DNA of 64,000 bases from Escherichia coli (GTDB lineage Bacteria > Pseudomonadota > Gammaproteobacteria > Enterobacterales > Enterobacteriaceae): assembly GCF_003334785.1 (NCBI RefSeq), contig NZ_QOWV01000008.1; one strand, given 5' to 3'. This document shows, in pieces, positions 14,704-28,292 of this stretch; the first letter of the stretch is position 1; each line of letters opens with the position of its first letter. The notes under the pieces are model-generated. The model had not been told where the DNA came from and searched no databases. It was given only the letters and a program-made list of their open reading frames with translations. A program made the position numbers and the translations under genes.

Positions 14704-14719
14704 TGTATTTATATACAGT
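14704..14719. promoter_or_regulatory. LexA operator (SOS box) upstream of dinD
   Basis: CTGTATTTATATACAG fits CTGT-N8-ACAG, about 45 bp upstream of the dinD start. Confidence 0.7.
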
Positions 14720-14878
14720 TGTGAGTATCTCACGTTCTCAGTGTGCTGGGCAAAAAAACATCGCAAAATCTGGAGCAGGCACGAAAAACAGAATTGAAAG
14801 TTGCGGGGAAGAAAAATGCCGCTCTGTTTGAGTGGGCGGCATTTGTGAAGGCTGAAAAGTAAGAATTGGCGTTACGAG

Positions 14879-15742
14879 TTATTCAATATTCTGAATCTGC
14901 TCGCGCATCTGCTCAATCAACACTTTCAGCTCAATCGCGGAGTTTGTCACTTCGGCATTGATAGACTTCGACGCAAGAGTGTTCGACTCGCGGTTGAACT
15001 CCTGCATCATAAAGTCCAGACGACGACCAACGGCTTCTTTTTTCTTCAGAATGTTGTAGGTCTCTTTGACATGCGCTTCGAGGCGGTCCAGTTCTTCGGC
15101 AACGTCAATTCGTTGTGCCAGCAGAACCAACTCCTGCTCCAGACGGTTGTTTTCCAACTGAACCTGAGCATCTTCCAGCTTCGCGACCAAGCGTTCACGC
15201 TGCCATTGCAGGATTTCCGGCATATGGGAGCGGACTTTGACCACTTCGGCGGTGACGCCTTCCAGACGCTGCTCGATCAATGCTTTCAGTGCCTGACCTT
15301 CGGTTTCGCGCGCGACAATAAAGTCGTCCAGCGTACCATCCAGCGCCGCGAGAATTTCAGCGGCAATGGCGTCAAGATCCTGCTCCTGGGCTGCCATCAC
15401 GCCCGGCCAGCGTAGAATATCAACCGGGTTGATTTCCCCTTCGTCACTCTGCATTTTTACCCAGTTCGCGGCAGTTACCAGCTGTTTAGCCAGTTTTTCG
15501 TTGAGGATCAGCTCACCTTGCGCGCTAACATCTGGCTCATAGCGCAGGGTACATTCCACTTTACCGCGCGTCAGGCGAGAACGAATACGCTCGCGAACGA
15601 CAGGTTCAAGGCTACGGAACTGCTCCGGCAGACGAAAGTAAGTTTCCAGATAACGCTGGTTTACCGAGCGCATTTCCCAGGTTGCGCTCCCCCATTCACC
15701 CTTGATTTCACGCCGGGCGTAGGCGGTCATACTGCGGATCAT
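14879..15742 (-). CDS. yicC: UPF0701 protein YicC
   Basis: 287 aa MIRSMTAYARREIKGEWGSATWEMRSVNQRYLE... Confidence 0.9.
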   Translation of the reverse strand: MIRSMTAYARREIKGEWGSATWEMRSVNQRYLETYFRLPEQFRSLEPVVRERIRSRLTRGKVECTLRYEPDVSAQGELILNEKLAKQLVTAANWVKMQSDEGEINPVDILRWPGVMAAQEQDLDAIAAEILAALDGTLDDFIVARETEGQALKALIEQRLEGVTAEVVKVRSHMPEILQWQRERLVAKLEDAQVQLENNRLEQELVLLAQRIDVAEELDRLEAHVKETYNILKKKEAVGRRLDFMMQEFNRESNTLASKSINAEVTNSAIELKVLIEQMREQIQNIE

Positions 15743-15868
15743 AGACGTTCCTGTTTATAAAAGGAGAGGTGGAAGGATTATAGCCATCGATGCCTTGTCA
15801 GGATAGGAATAACCGCCGGAAGTCCGTATAATGCGCAGCCACATTTGTTTCAAGCCGGAGATTTCAAT

Positions 15869-16585
15869 ATGCGTCCAGCAGGCCGTAGCAATAATCAGGT
15901 GCGTCCCGTTACCCTGACTCGTAACTATACAAAACATGCAGAAGGCTCGGTGCTGGTCGAATTTGGCGATACCAAAGTGTTGTGTACCGCCTCTATTGAA
16001 GAAGGCGTGCCGCGCTTCCTGAAAGGTCAGGGCCAGGGCTGGATCACCGCAGAGTACGGCATGCTGCCACGTTCTACCCACACCCGTAACGCTCGTGAAG
16101 CGGCGAAAGGTAAGCAGGGTGGACGCACAATGGAAATCCAGCGTCTGATCGCCCGTGCGCTTCGCGCGGCAGTAGATTTGAAAGCGCTGGGTGAGTTCAC
16201 CATTACGCTGGACTGCGACGTGCTTCAGGCTGATGGTGGCACGCGTACCGCTTCGATTACGGGTGCCTGTGTGGCGCTGGCAGATGCGCTACAGAAGCTG
16301 GTGGAAAACGGCAAGCTGAAAACCAACCCGATGAAAGGGATGGTAGCCGCGGTTTCTGTCGGGATTGTGAACGGCGAAGCGGTTTGCGATCTGGAATACG
16401 TTGAAGACTCTGCCGCAGAGACCGACATGAACGTAGTGATGACCGAAGACGGGCGCATCATTGAAGTGCAGGGGACGGCAGAAGGCGAGCCGTTCACCCA
16501 TGAAGAGCTACTCACCTTGTTGGCGCTGGCCCGAGGGGGAATCGAATCCATTGTAGCGACGCAGAAGGCGGCGCTGGCAAACTGA
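15869..16585 (+). CDS. rph: Ribonuclease PH, full-length
   Basis: 238 aa from [14 protein letters not shown] ending ...ATQKAALAN; no frameshift near the 3' end. Confidence 0.9.
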   Translation: MRPAGRSNNQVRPVTLTRNYTKHAEGSVLVEFGDTKVLCTASIEEGVPRFLKGQGQGWITAEYGMLPRSTHTRNAREAAKGKQGGRTMEIQRLIARALRAAVDLKALGEFTITLDCDVLQADGGTRTASITGACVALADALQKLVENGKLKTNPMKGMVAAVSVGIVNGEAVCDLEYVEDSAAETDMNVVMTEDGRIIEVQGTAEGEPFTHEELLTLLALARGGIESIVATQKAALAN

Positions 16586-16591
16586 TTTTTA

Positions 16592-16618
16592 AGGCGACTG
16601 ATGAGTCGCTTTTTTTTG
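16592..16618 (+). terminator. pyrE attenuator (intrinsic terminator in the rph-pyrE leader)
   Basis: Hairpin ggcgact-gatg-agtcgc followed by T8, 31 bp upstream of pyrE ATG. Confidence 0.8.
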
Positions 16619-16649
16619 TCTGTAGAAAAGTAAGATGAGGAGCGAAGGC

Positions 16650-17291
16650 ATGAAACCATATCAGCGCCAGTTTATTGAATTTGCGCTTAGCAAGCAGGTG
16701 TTAAAGTTTGGCGAGTTTACGCTGAAATCCGGGCGTAAAAGCCCCTATTTCTTCAACGCCGGGCTGTTTAATACCGGGCGCGACCTGGCACTGTTAGGCC
16801 GTTTTTACGCTGAAGCATTGGTGGACTCCGGCATTGAGTTCGATCTGCTGTTTGGCCCTGCTTACAAAGGGATCCCGATTGCCACCACAACCGCCGTGGC
16901 GTTGGCGGAGCATCATGACCTGGACCTGCCGTACTGCTTTAACCGCAAAGAGGCAAAAGACCACGGTGAAGGCGGCAATCTGGTTGGTAGCGCGTTACAA
17001 GGACGCGTAATGCTGGTAGATGATGTGATCACCGCCGGAACGGCGATTCGTGAGTCGATGGAAATTATTCAGGCCAATGGCGCGACGCTTGCTGGCGTGT
17101 TGATTTCGCTCGATCGTCAGGAACGGGGGCGCGGCGAGATTTCGGCGATTCAGGAAGTTGAGCGTGATTACAACTGCAAAGTGATCTCTATCATCACCCT
17201 GAAAGATCTGATTGCTTACCTGGAAGAGAAGCCGGAAATGGCGGAACATCTGGCGGCGGTTAAGGCCTATCGCGAAGAGTTTGGCGTTTAA
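16650..17291 (+). CDS. pyrE: Orotate phosphoribosyltransferase
   Basis: 213 aa from [13 protein letters not shown]. Confidence 0.95.
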
Positions 17292-17297
17292 AGAAAC

Positions 17298-17322
17298 TCG
17301 CCGGATGAAAATTCATCCGGCG
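17298..17322. terminator. Bidirectional hairpin between convergent pyrE and slmA
   Basis: gccggatgaa-aa-ttcatccggc perfect inverted repeat. Confidence 0.5.
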
Positions 17323-17327
17323 TCATA

Positions 17328-17924
17328 TTACTGCAACTGCGCGGCAATTAGCGGCCAGCGGGCGTCAAAATCATCCGTCGGGCGGTATTTAAATTCGCTG
17401 CGGACAAAACGTGACAGCATACCTTCACAGAAGGCCAGGATCTGGCTTGCCAGCAGGGTTTCATCGGTGGTGTAACCTTCACCCTCACGCATTCTCTTTT
17501 CACGCAATACCTGGCGCAGCTGCGCTTCAATACGCTCGAACAGCTGGTTGATGCGCCCTTGCAGGCGATCCTGTTCAAACATTAGCGCATGACCAGTGAG
17601 GATGCGGGTCAGGCCAGGATTACGCTCACCAAAACCGAGAAGCAGCAACACAATCAGACGCAGGCGCGCTGTGGTGTCTTTCTCATCTTTCAGAATCAGA
17701 TTGATGCGAGTAATCAGGCTATCTTCGATAAACTCAATCAGGCTATCGAACATGCGGGTCTTACTGGGGAAGTGGCGATACAGTGCCGCTTCGGAAACGC
17801 CGACAGAGGCGGCCAGTTTTGCCGTCGTGATACGTTGGCTTCCATCGCTGGATTCCAGCATCAGCGCCAGAGACTGAAGTATTTCCTCGCGACGGTTCCT
17901 TTTCGCAGTTTGTTTTTCTGCCAT
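17328..17924 (-). CDS. slmA: Nucleoid occlusion factor SlmA (TetR family)
   Basis: 198 aa from [16 protein letters not shown]; [20 protein letters not shown]. Confidence 0.9.
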
Positions 17925-18030
17925 GTTACAAAATACCCCTGAAAATAAGCACTTGCCAGGCGGCACCCACGCTATGACCGCAAACGAAATGTTTGCGGCT
18001 ATGTTATGACGTTATTCGGATGCGTATGTG

Positions 18031-18489
18031 TTACTGACGACCAGAGTGACCAAAGCCGCCTTCACCGCGGTCGGTGGCGTCGAAATCTTCCACCAGATTA
18101 AATTCAGCCTGTACTACCGGAACAAAAATCATCTGGGCGATGCGTTCGCCAGGTTGAATGGTGAAGCTGTCCTGACCACGGTTCCACACGGAAATCATCA
18201 ACTGGCCCTGATAGTCGGAATCGATCAATCCTACCAGGTTACCAAGCACGATACCGTGCTTATGTCCCAATCCGGAGCGCGGCAGCATCATTGCCGCCAG
18301 TGAAGGATCGGCAATATGAATCGCCAGCCCGGTCGGAACCAGCGTAGTGTCACCCGGAGCCAGTTCTACGGCGTCGTCGAGACAGGCACGCAGGTCAAGT
18401 CCGGCAGAGCCAGAGGTGGCATAAGTCGGGAGCGGAAATTCCTTCCCAACGCGCGGGTCCAGAATCTTAACGTCGATTTTTTTCATCAT
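18031..18489 (-). CDS. dut: dUTP pyrophosphatase
   Basis: 152 aa [15 protein letters not shown]... Confidence 0.9.
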
Positions 18490-19687
18490 AACGGGTCACG
18501 ATCTCGTCGAGTAATAATTGGCCAAGGAGCTCTTTGCGCTCAAGCGGTAAGACTTTATCTCCGTCCTGCCAGAAAAGGTGTAATGCGTTGTTGTCGCTGT
18601 TAAATCCTTGAGTTGGCTGGGAAACATCGTTCGCGCAGATCAGATCAAGGTTTTTACGGATACGTTTTTGCCGGGCGTATTCTTCCACATTATTTGTTTC
18701 GGCGGCAAATCCAACGACGTAGGGTCGATGGTCTTTTAGTGCGGCAACGCCTGCGACGATATCGGGGTTTTTAACCATTTTTATTGTTAATTCATCACCC
18801 TGCGTGGCCTGCTTTTTGATTTTTTCTGGGGCCACGGTAGCTGCGCGATAATCCGCCACGGCGGCGCAGCCGATAAAAATATTTTGCTGCTGTACAGAAG
18901 CATTCACGGCGGCTTCCATTTCCAGCGCGGTCATCACATCAACACGTTTAACAAACGGTGGCGTCGGTAGTGAAACCGGACCTGATACCAGCGTGACGTT
19001 CGCGCCACGACGGGCAGCGGCGGCGGCGATAGCAAAACCCATCTTGCCGGAGCTGTGATTAGAGATATAACGCACCGGATCGAGCGGTTCACGCGTCGGA
19101 CCGGCGGTAATCATAATGTTCAGATGTTTCAGGTCGTTGACGGGCGAAAAATGCGCCACCGCCATATCCACAATGGTTAACGGATCGAGCATTCGCCCAG
19201 GACCGATATCACCACAAGCCTGACTGCCACTGTCTGGCCCCCAGATGAGCAAACCACGGGAAGCAAGCACCTCTAAATTATGCTGCGTGGCAGCGGCACG
19301 GTACATCTGCTGGTTCATGGCGGGGAGCACGGCTACAGGCGCAGGTGTAGCCAGACAAATCGTCGATACCAGGTCATTCGCCATTCCGGCAGCAACACGG
19401 GCAATCAAATCTGCCGTGGCAGGGGCGAGAATCACTAAATCAGCCCATTTACCCAGCTCAATATGGCCCATAGCGGCTTCGGCTGCCGGGTCCAGCAAAC
19501 TGTCGGAAACGGGATAACCAGAAACCGCCTGCAAGCTAAGTGGGGTGATAAAGGCTTTTGCCGCTTCGGTCATGGCTACGCGGACGTCGGCCCCGCGATC
19601 GCGCAAACGACGCACCAGTTCAGGGGTTTTATAGGCAGCAATACCGCCGCTAACGCCGAGAACGATTTTTTTACCGGCCAGGCTCAT
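18467..19687 (-). CDS. coaBC: Bifunctional phosphopantothenoylcysteine decarboxylase / synthetase
   Basis: 406 aa from [20 protein letters not shown]; 3' end overlaps dut by 23 nt. Confidence 0.9.
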
Positions 19688-19858
19688 GATGATTTTTCCT
19701 GTTGGGTGACACCAGAAGTTGGCGATTTTATCACAATACTTTTGTTGTCGTGCCTTCACCTGAGAATCACTTTGCGAGGCGCTTTCCAGGATTGAAAACT
19801 GGCCGTCGATTTAACGGAACGGCTATGACAGGATGCGAGCACCACAAAGGAGGTGAAG

Positions 19859-20527
19859 GTGAAAAACAATTCACAGCTGTTGATGCCGCGCGAAAAAATG
19901 CTGAAGTTTGGTATTAGCGCCTTAACGGATGTCGAGCTGCTGGCGCTATTTCTGCGTACCGGAACGCGCGGTAAAGATGTATTAACCCTGGCAAAAGAGA
20001 TGCTGGAGAATTTCGGCTCTCTTTATGGCTTGTTAACCTCTGAATATGAACAATTTAGTGGCGTTCATGGAATTGGCGTGGCGAAATTTGCCCAGTTAAA
20101 GGGGATTGCTGAACTGGCGCGGCGTTACTACAACGTGCGGATGCGTGAAGAAAGCCCTTTACTCAGCCCGGAGATGACGCGGGAATTTTTACAAAGCCAG
20201 CTCACGGGTGAGGAGCGGGAGATCTTTATGGTGATCTTTCTCGACTCACAACACCGGGTTATAACGCATAGCCGTCTTTTTTCCGGCACGCTAAACCATG
20301 TTGAAGTCCATCCTCGGGAAATTATCCGCGAAGCGATAAAAATAAACGCCTCGGCGCTGATCCTTGCACATAATCACCCTTCGGGTTGTGCTGAACCCAG
20401 TAAAGCGGATAAACTCATTACTGAACGGATAATAAAGAGTTGTCAGTTCATGGATTTACGCGTGCTCGACCATATCGTGATTGGGCGTGGAGAGTATGTT
20501 TCTTTTGCCGAACGCGGTTGGATTTAA
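19859..20527 (+). CDS. radC: UPF0758 / RadC-family JAB-domain protein (YicR)
   Basis: GTG start 6 nt after aaggagg; HNHPSG JAMM motif. Confidence 0.8.
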   Translation: MKNNSQLLMPREKMLKFGISALTDVELLALFLRTGTRGKDVLTLAKEMLENFGSLYGLLTSEYEQFSGVHGIGVAKFAQLKGIAELARRYYNVRMREESPLLSPEMTREFLQSQLTGEEREIFMVIFLDSQHRVITHSRLFSGTLNHVEVHPREIIREAIKINASALILAHNHPSGCAEPSKADKLITERIIKSCQFMDLRVLDHIVIGRGEYVSFAERGWI

Positions 20528-20722
20528 CCCGCTATGCGCGATCCTTCGGGATCTTTGTCTGTTCGGGACTTGAGCACATCGCTGAGTCAGCGTATACTAC
20601 GCCACCTTTGAGAATCTCGGGTTTGGCATTTGGGCCTGGCAATCGAGAGTTCACATAGAACTGCGATGACCGGGCTGTAAAGCCTGACGAGGCGCCAATA
20701 CCCCATACGAAGCTCGAGCTAA

Positions 20723-20980
<258 letters not shown>

Positions 20981-20997
20981 GTACTTAGAGGAAATAA

Positions 20998-21168
<171 letters not shown>

Positions 21169-21186
21169 TTCTCGCTTTGATGTAAC

Positions 21187-21215
21187 AAAAAACCTCGCTC
21201 CGGCGGGGTTTTTTG
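21187..21215 (+). terminator. Intrinsic terminator/attenuator after rpmG, before mutM
   Basis: GC hairpin cctcgc-tccg-gcgggg followed by T6. Confidence 0.5.
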
Positions 21216-21265
21216 TTATCTGCTTGCCCCCATATTGACTGCATCTGTTCATTCCTGGAGATGCT

Positions 21266-22075
21266 ATGCCTGAATTACCCGAAGTTGAAACCAGCCGCCG
21301 CGGCATAGAACCGCATCTCGTTGGTGCAACCATTCTTCATGCAGTGGTGCGCAACGGACGCTTGCGCTGGCCGGTTTCAGAAGAGATCTACCGTTTAAGC
21401 GACCAACCAGTGCTTAGCGTGCAGCGGCGGGCTAAATATCTGCTGCTGGAGCTGCCTGAGGGCTGGATTATCATTCATTTAGGGATGTCTGGCAGCCTGC
21501 GCATCCTTCCAGAAGAACTTCCCCCTGAAAAGCATGACCATGTGGATTTGGTGATGAACAACGGCAAAGTGCTGCGCTACACCGATCCGCGCCGCTTTGG
21601 TGCCTGGCTGTGGACCAAAGAGCTGGAAGGGCATAATGTGCTGGCCCATCTTGGACCGGAGCCGCTTAGCGACGATTTCAATGGTGAGTATCTGCATCAG
21701 AAGTGCGCGAAGAAAAAAACGGCGATCAAACCGTGGCTGATGGATAACAAGCTGGTGGTAGGCGTAGGGAATATCTATGCCAGCGAATCTCTGTTTGCGG
21801 CGGGGATCCATCCGGATCGGCTGGCGTCATCACTGTCGCTGGCGGAGTGCGAATTGCTGGCTCGGGTGATTAAAGCGGTGTTGCTGCGTTCGATTGAGCA
21901 GGGCGGTACAACGCTAAAAGATTTTCTGCAAAGCGACGGTAAACCGGGCTATTTCGCGCAGGAATTGCAGGTTTACGGGCGAAAAGGTGAGCCGTGTCGG
22001 GTGTGCGGTACGCCGATTGTGGCGACTAAACATGCGCAGCGGGCAACGTTTTATTGTCGGCAGTGCCAGAAGTAA
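21266..22075 (+). CDS. mutM: Formamidopyrimidine-DNA glycosylase
   Basis: 269 aa with N-terminal MPELPEVE and C-terminal zinc finger CRVCGTPI...CRQC. Confidence 0.95.
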   Translation: MPELPEVETSRRGIEPHLVGATILHAVVRNGRLRWPVSEEIYRLSDQPVLSVQRRAKYLLLELPEGWIIIHLGMSGSLRILPEELPPEKHDHVDLVMNNGKVLRYTDPRRFGAWLWTKELEGHNVLAHLGPEPLSDDFNGEYLHQKCAKKKTAIKPWLMDNKLVVGVGNIYASESLFAAGIHPDRLASSLSLAECELLARVIKAVLLRSIEQGGTTLKDFLQSDGKPGYFAQELQVYGRKGEPCRVCGTPIVATKHAQRATFYCRQCQK

Positions 22076-22113
22076 TTCATGCGCGCCGGATGGCATACCA
22101 TCCGGCATAAACG

Positions 22114-23878
<1,765 letters not shown>

Positions 23879-24225
23879 AATAAATAGCTGACTTATGGAT
23901 GTGCTGGGGATTCTATGTATTTAGCACCGGGTTTGCCATTACTTTTCCTTTTTTTGACTTAATTAGCCTCTGTTTGAGCTGATCTGCCGCTAGATCTTCA
24001 TTTTTTTTGTATTTTTATGCGATTCATTGAATTTCAGCCAGGATTGCAGCTTTACATCGACAATATCTGGATTCTCGAGTATGCAAAATTTTATCTCTAT
24101 GATTTTTATAATTAAAACATATTTTGTGTATAAAAATCATTCGGGTCGGATTGCTGCGAAAGAAATGATACACTAGCGCGTCAAAGTAAGTGCGTTATCA
24201 GTATTCGGGTAGCTGTTGAGCCTGG

Positions 24226-24237
24226 GGCGGTAGCGTG
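24226..24237 (+). promoter_or_regulatory. ops element (RfaH recruitment site) in JUMPstart leader of the waaQ operon
   Basis: Exact GGCGGTAGCGTG in the long leader, about 85 bp upstream of waaQ. Confidence 0.7.
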
Positions 24238-24320
24238 CTTTTTTCTGCTTAACTTAACCAGACAATCACACAAAAGAGTCGCTAGTGGAAAAGCCATTTC
24301 GAAAAATCCTGGTCATAAAG

Positions 24321-25355
24321 ATGCGATATCACGGAGATATGTTATTAACTACTCCTGTAATCAGTACACTCAAGCAGAATTATCCCGACGCAAAAATCGA
24401 TATGCTGCTTTACCAGGATACAATTCCGATTTTATCTGAAAACCCAGAAATTAATGCACTCTATGGTATAAGCAATAAAGGTACGGGAACATTCGATAAA
24501 ATTAAAAATGCACTTTCACTGATAAAAACTCTGCGTGCGAATAATTACGACCTGGTCATTAATCTTACGGATCAGTGGATGGTGGCCCTGCTGGTACGTT
24601 GTTTACCTGCTCGTATGAAAATATCGCAGCTTTATGGTCATCGGCAGCATGGCATTTGGAAAAAAAGCTTTACACACTTAGCGCCTATACACGGTACACA
24701 TATTGTTGAGCGTAATTTGTCGGTCCTTGAGCCATTAGGTATTACCGATTTTTATACTGAAACAACCATGAGTTACGCCGAGGATTGCTGGAAGAAAATG
24801 CGCCAGGAATTAGATGCACTGGGCGTGAAAGATCATTATGTCGTCATCCAGCCGACAGCCAGACAGATATTTAAGTGCTGGGACAACGATAAATTTTCTA
24901 TGGTTATCGATGCGTTGCAACATCGTGGTTATCAGGTTGTGCTGACTTGTGGCCCTTCGGCAGATGATCTCGCTTGCGTAGATGAAATTGCACGAGGCTG
25001 CCAAACAAAACCTATTACCGGCCTTGCCGGTAAAACACGTTTTCCTGAACTGGGCGCATTAATTGATCATGCAGTGCTCTTTATTGGTGTGGATTCTGCG
25101 CCGGGGCATATTGCAGCGGCTGTGAAGACGCCAGTTATTAGCCTGTTTGGGGCCACTGATCATGTATTCTGGCGTCCATGGACCGAGAATATTATTCAGT
25201 TCTGGGCGGGGAATTATCAAAAAATGCCTACCCGGCACGAACTTGACCGCAACAAAAAATATCTTTCTGTTATTCCAGCGGAAGATGTCATTGCCGCTAC
25301 GGAAAAGCTGTTGCCAGAAGATGCACCTTCAGCTGACAGGAATGCGCAATTATGA
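24321..25355 (+). CDS. waaQ: LPS core heptosyltransferase III
   Basis: GT9-like protein; start at MRYHGDML (344 aa); an upstream in-frame GTG at 24285 is possible. Confidence 0.8.
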   Translation: MRYHGDMLLTTPVISTLKQNYPDAKIDMLLYQDTIPILSENPEINALYGISNKGTGTFDKIKNALSLIKTLRANNYDLVINLTDQWMVALLVRCLPARMKISQLYGHRQHGIWKKSFTHLAPIHGTHIVERNLSVLEPLGITDFYTETTMSYAEDCWKKMRQELDALGVKDHYVVIQPTARQIFKCWDNDKFSMVIDALQHRGYQVVLTCGPSADDLACVDEIARGCQTKPITGLAGKTRFPELGALIDHAVLFIGVDSAPGHIAAAVKTPVISLFGATDHVFWRPWTENIIQFWAGNYQKMPTRHELDRNKKYLSVIPAEDVIAATEKLLPEDAPSADRNAQL

Positions 25356-26476
25356 TCGTGGCATTTTGCTTATATAAATATTTTCCATTTGGTGGGCTAC
25401 AGCGTGACTTTATGCGTATTGCCTCAACAGTTGCCGCACGGGGCCACCATGTTCGGGTATATACACAGTCGTGGGAAGGCGATTGCCCGGAAGCATTTGA
25501 GCTTATTCGCGTACCGGTTAAATCCCATACTAACCATGGACGTAATGCAGAATATTATGCCTGGGTTCAAAACCATCTGAAGGCACATCCCGCTGATCGC
25601 GTTGTTGGCTTTAATAAGATGCCTGGGCTGGATGTTTATTTTGCCGCCGATGTCTGTTATGCCGAGAAAGTGGCGCAAGAAAAGGGATTTTTCTATCGTT
25701 TAACATCGCGCTATCGCCATTATGCTGCATTCGAGCGAGCGACTTTCGAACATGGTAAATCGACGAAACTTATGATGTTGACCGATAAGCAAATCGCCGA
25801 TTTTCAGAAGCATTACCAAACTGAACCAGAACGTTTTCAAATTCTTCCCCCTGGTATCTATCCTGACAGAAAATACAACGCGCAAATCCCAAACAGTCGT
25901 GAAATTTATCGCCAGAAAAATGGCATCACTGAACAACAAAACTTATTGCTGCAGGTTGGTTCAGATTTTGGTCGTAAAGGTGTGGATCGCTCAATTGAAG
26001 CTTTGGCATCGTTACCAGAATCGTTACGCCATAATACGTTGTTGTTTGTTGTTGGCCAGGATAAACCGCGTAAATTTGAAGTGCTGGCAGAAAAACTCGG
26101 TGTGCGTAGTAAAGTGCATTTCTTTTCCGGGCGGAATGATGTGTCTGAATTAATGGCAGCCGCTGATTTATTAATGCATCCCGCTTATCAGGAGGCTGCA
26201 GGTATTGTTCTCCTTGAGGCAATTGCCGCGGGATTACCTGTGTTGACGACTGCGGTATGCGGATACGCACACTATATCACAGATGCTAATTGTGGAACGG
26301 TCATCGCTGAACCTTTCTCCCAGGAACAATTAAATGACGTTTTACGTAAAGCGTTAACTCAATCTCCATTGCGCATGGCCTGGGCGGAGAATGCTCGGTA
26401 TTACGCCGATACTCAGGATTTATACAGCCTGCCGGAGAAAGCGGCAGATATCATTACAGGTGGTTTAGATGGTTGA
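25352..26476 (+). CDS. waaG: LPS core glucosyltransferase I (GT4)
   Basis: 374 aa [20 protein letters not shown]...; ATGA overlap with waaQ stop. Confidence 0.9.
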   Translation: MIVAFCLYKYFPFGGLQRDFMRIASTVAARGHHVRVYTQSWEGDCPEAFELIRVPVKSHTNHGRNAEYYAWVQNHLKAHPADRVVGFNKMPGLDVYFAADVCYAEKVAQEKGFFYRLTSRYRHYAAFERATFEHGKSTKLMMLTDKQIADFQKHYQTEPERFQILPPGIYPDRKYNAQIPNSREIYRQKNGITEQQNLLLQVGSDFGRKGVDRSIEALASLPESLRHNTLLFVVGQDKPRKFEVLAEKLGVRSKVHFFSGRNDVSELMAAADLLMHPAYQEAAGIVLLEAIAAGLPVLTTAVCGYAHYITDANCGTVIAEPFSQEQLNDVLRKALTQSPLRMAWAENARYYADTQDLYSLPEKAADIITGGLDG

Positions 26477-27266
26477 ATTAGAAGAGCCACTTGCCACACT
26501 CTGGCGTGGTAAAGATGCCTTTGCAGAAGTTAAAAAACTGAATGGCGAGGTCTTCCGTGAACTGGAGACGCGTCGCACATTACGCTTTGAACTGGCCGGC
26601 AAAAGTTATTTCCTCAAATGGCACAAAGGGACGACCCTAAAGGAGATTATAAAAAATCTGCTCTCATTGCGGATGCCCGTTTTAGGTGCAGACAGAGAGT
26701 GGCACGCTATTCATCGACTGCATGATGTCGGTGTTGATACGATGCACGGAATAGGATTTGGTGAAAAAGGGTTAAATCCATTAACTCGCACATCATTTAT
26801 TATTACCGAAGATCTCACTCCCACAATTAGCCTTGAAGATTATTGTGCAGATTGGGCGGTCAACCCGCCTGATGTACATATTAAGCGTATGCTGATCGCG
26901 CGTGTGGCAACCATGGTGCGCAAAATGCATGCAGCAGGGATTAATCACCGTGATTGTTATATCTGCCACTTTTTACTCCATTTGCCATTTACTGGCCGGG
27001 AAGATGAATTAAAAATTTCGGTTATCGATCTGCACCGGGCACAGATACGTGCAAAAGTACCACGTCGTTGGCGGGATAAAGATTTGATTGGTTTATATTT
27101 CTCATCAATGAATATTGGTCTGACGCAGAGAGATATCTGGCGATTTATGAAGGTTTATTTTGGGATGCCTTTACGCGATATTTATAGACTTGAGATTGAT
27201 TTACTTAAAAAGGCAAGGATTAAAGCAGGAAAAATAGAAGCAAGAACAATAAGAAAAAACTTGTAA
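26469..27266 (+). CDS. waaP: LPS core heptose(I) kinase
   Basis: 265 aa; kinase-like [13 protein letters not shown]. Confidence 0.9.
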   Translation: MVELEEPLATLWRGKDAFAEVKKLNGEVFRELETRRTLRFELAGKSYFLKWHKGTTLKEIIKNLLSLRMPVLGADREWHAIHRLHDVGVDTMHGIGFGEKGLNPLTRTSFIITEDLTPTISLEDYCADWAVNPPDVHIKRMLIARVATMVRKMHAAGINHRDCYICHFLLHLPFTGREDELKISVIDLHRAQIRAKVPRRWRDKDLIGLYFSSMNIGLTQRDIWRFMKVYFGMPLRDIYRLEIDLLKKARIKAGKIEARTIRKNL

Positions 27267-27298
27267 ATAGTATTTTATTACAAAAAGGGATTCTAAAA

Positions 27299-28279
27299 TT
27301 GTTGAAATATAGAAACTTCGTTGCTAAGAAGAAAAATTTATACCAAAACGAAGTGTCGTATGTTAAAAATTTACATATTGCACTATGCTTTGACCGTGAA
27401 TTCATAATGCCAGCGGGTGTTGCATTATATTCAATTATATCCAACAATAGACATATTAACCTTCATTTTCACCTTCTTATATCAGGCATAGAAGAAAAGG
27501 AGTGTTCAGCTTTTTACGAACTAGAAGGTCCTAATACATCAATATCTGTATATTATATAACTGATAAATTTGACATTAATCCGGATACATTAGTTCTTGG
27601 TATTCCTTTATCAACATGTTTACGTTTTTTAATCCCAGAAGTTATTGATGATAAAATAAATAAGATACTTTATCTTGACTGTGATGTCATATGTAATGGT
27701 CCTTTAGATGAACTGGTTGATTATAATTTAAATGCTGATATTGCATGTGTAATTCCAGATTCGCCAGAAATGCAAGAACGTGTAAAAAAATTAGACTATG
27801 GCATTGAGTTTATTAATTATTTTAATGCCGGGGTTATGTTTATTAATACCAGCGAATGGAAAAAAAATAATATAACACAAAAAGCGTTAGAAATGATCAA
27901 CAGTGGAAAAGTATATAGGTATGCAGATCAGGATGTGCTCAATATTTTACTTAATGGACGAGTGCATTACCTTGATAAGAAGTACAATAATAAGACAACA
28001 TTGTCAGTACGATGTGATGAAGAACAAAAAAACTTGCCCAACACAATTATAATGCATTATGTTACCCAGAATAAACCATGGTACAAAATATTTAGAGCAC
28101 AAAATTTTGATCATTATTTTTCAAATTCTCCTTGGAAGAACCATAAAAGAAATCTAGCTCCATCATCAAGTGAGATTAGGTTAAAGTCTAAAGTTTTTTG
28201 GCTAGAAGGAAAATATTGTAAAGCCATTTCTTATTATTATAAGTATTTACTTGTTAAATTATTTGGCTTAAAGATTTAG
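27299..28279 (+). CDS. GT8-family (retaining) glycosyltransferase at the waaS position of the core operon
   Basis: 326 aa; LDCDVICNG (DxD) and HYVTQNKPW motifs shared with waaO/waaJ paralogs; symbol left blank because only position, not sequence, suggests waaS. Confidence 0.55.
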   Translation: MLKYRNFVAKKKNLYQNEVSYVKNLHIALCFDREFIMPAGVALYSIISNNRHINLHFHLLISGIEEKECSAFYELEGPNTSISVYYITDKFDINPDTLVLGIPLSTCLRFLIPEVIDDKINKILYLDCDVICNGPLDELVDYNLNADIACVIPDSPEMQERVKKLDYGIEFINYFNAGVMFINTSEWKKNNITQKALEMINSGKVYRYADQDVLNILLNGRVHYLDKKYNNKTTLSVRCDEEQKNLPNTIIMHYVTQNKPWYKIFRAQNFDHYFSNSPWKNHKRNLAPSSSEIRLKSKVFWLEGKYCKAISYYYKYLLVKLFGLKI

Positions 28280-28292
28280 CTGGAATGAAATT

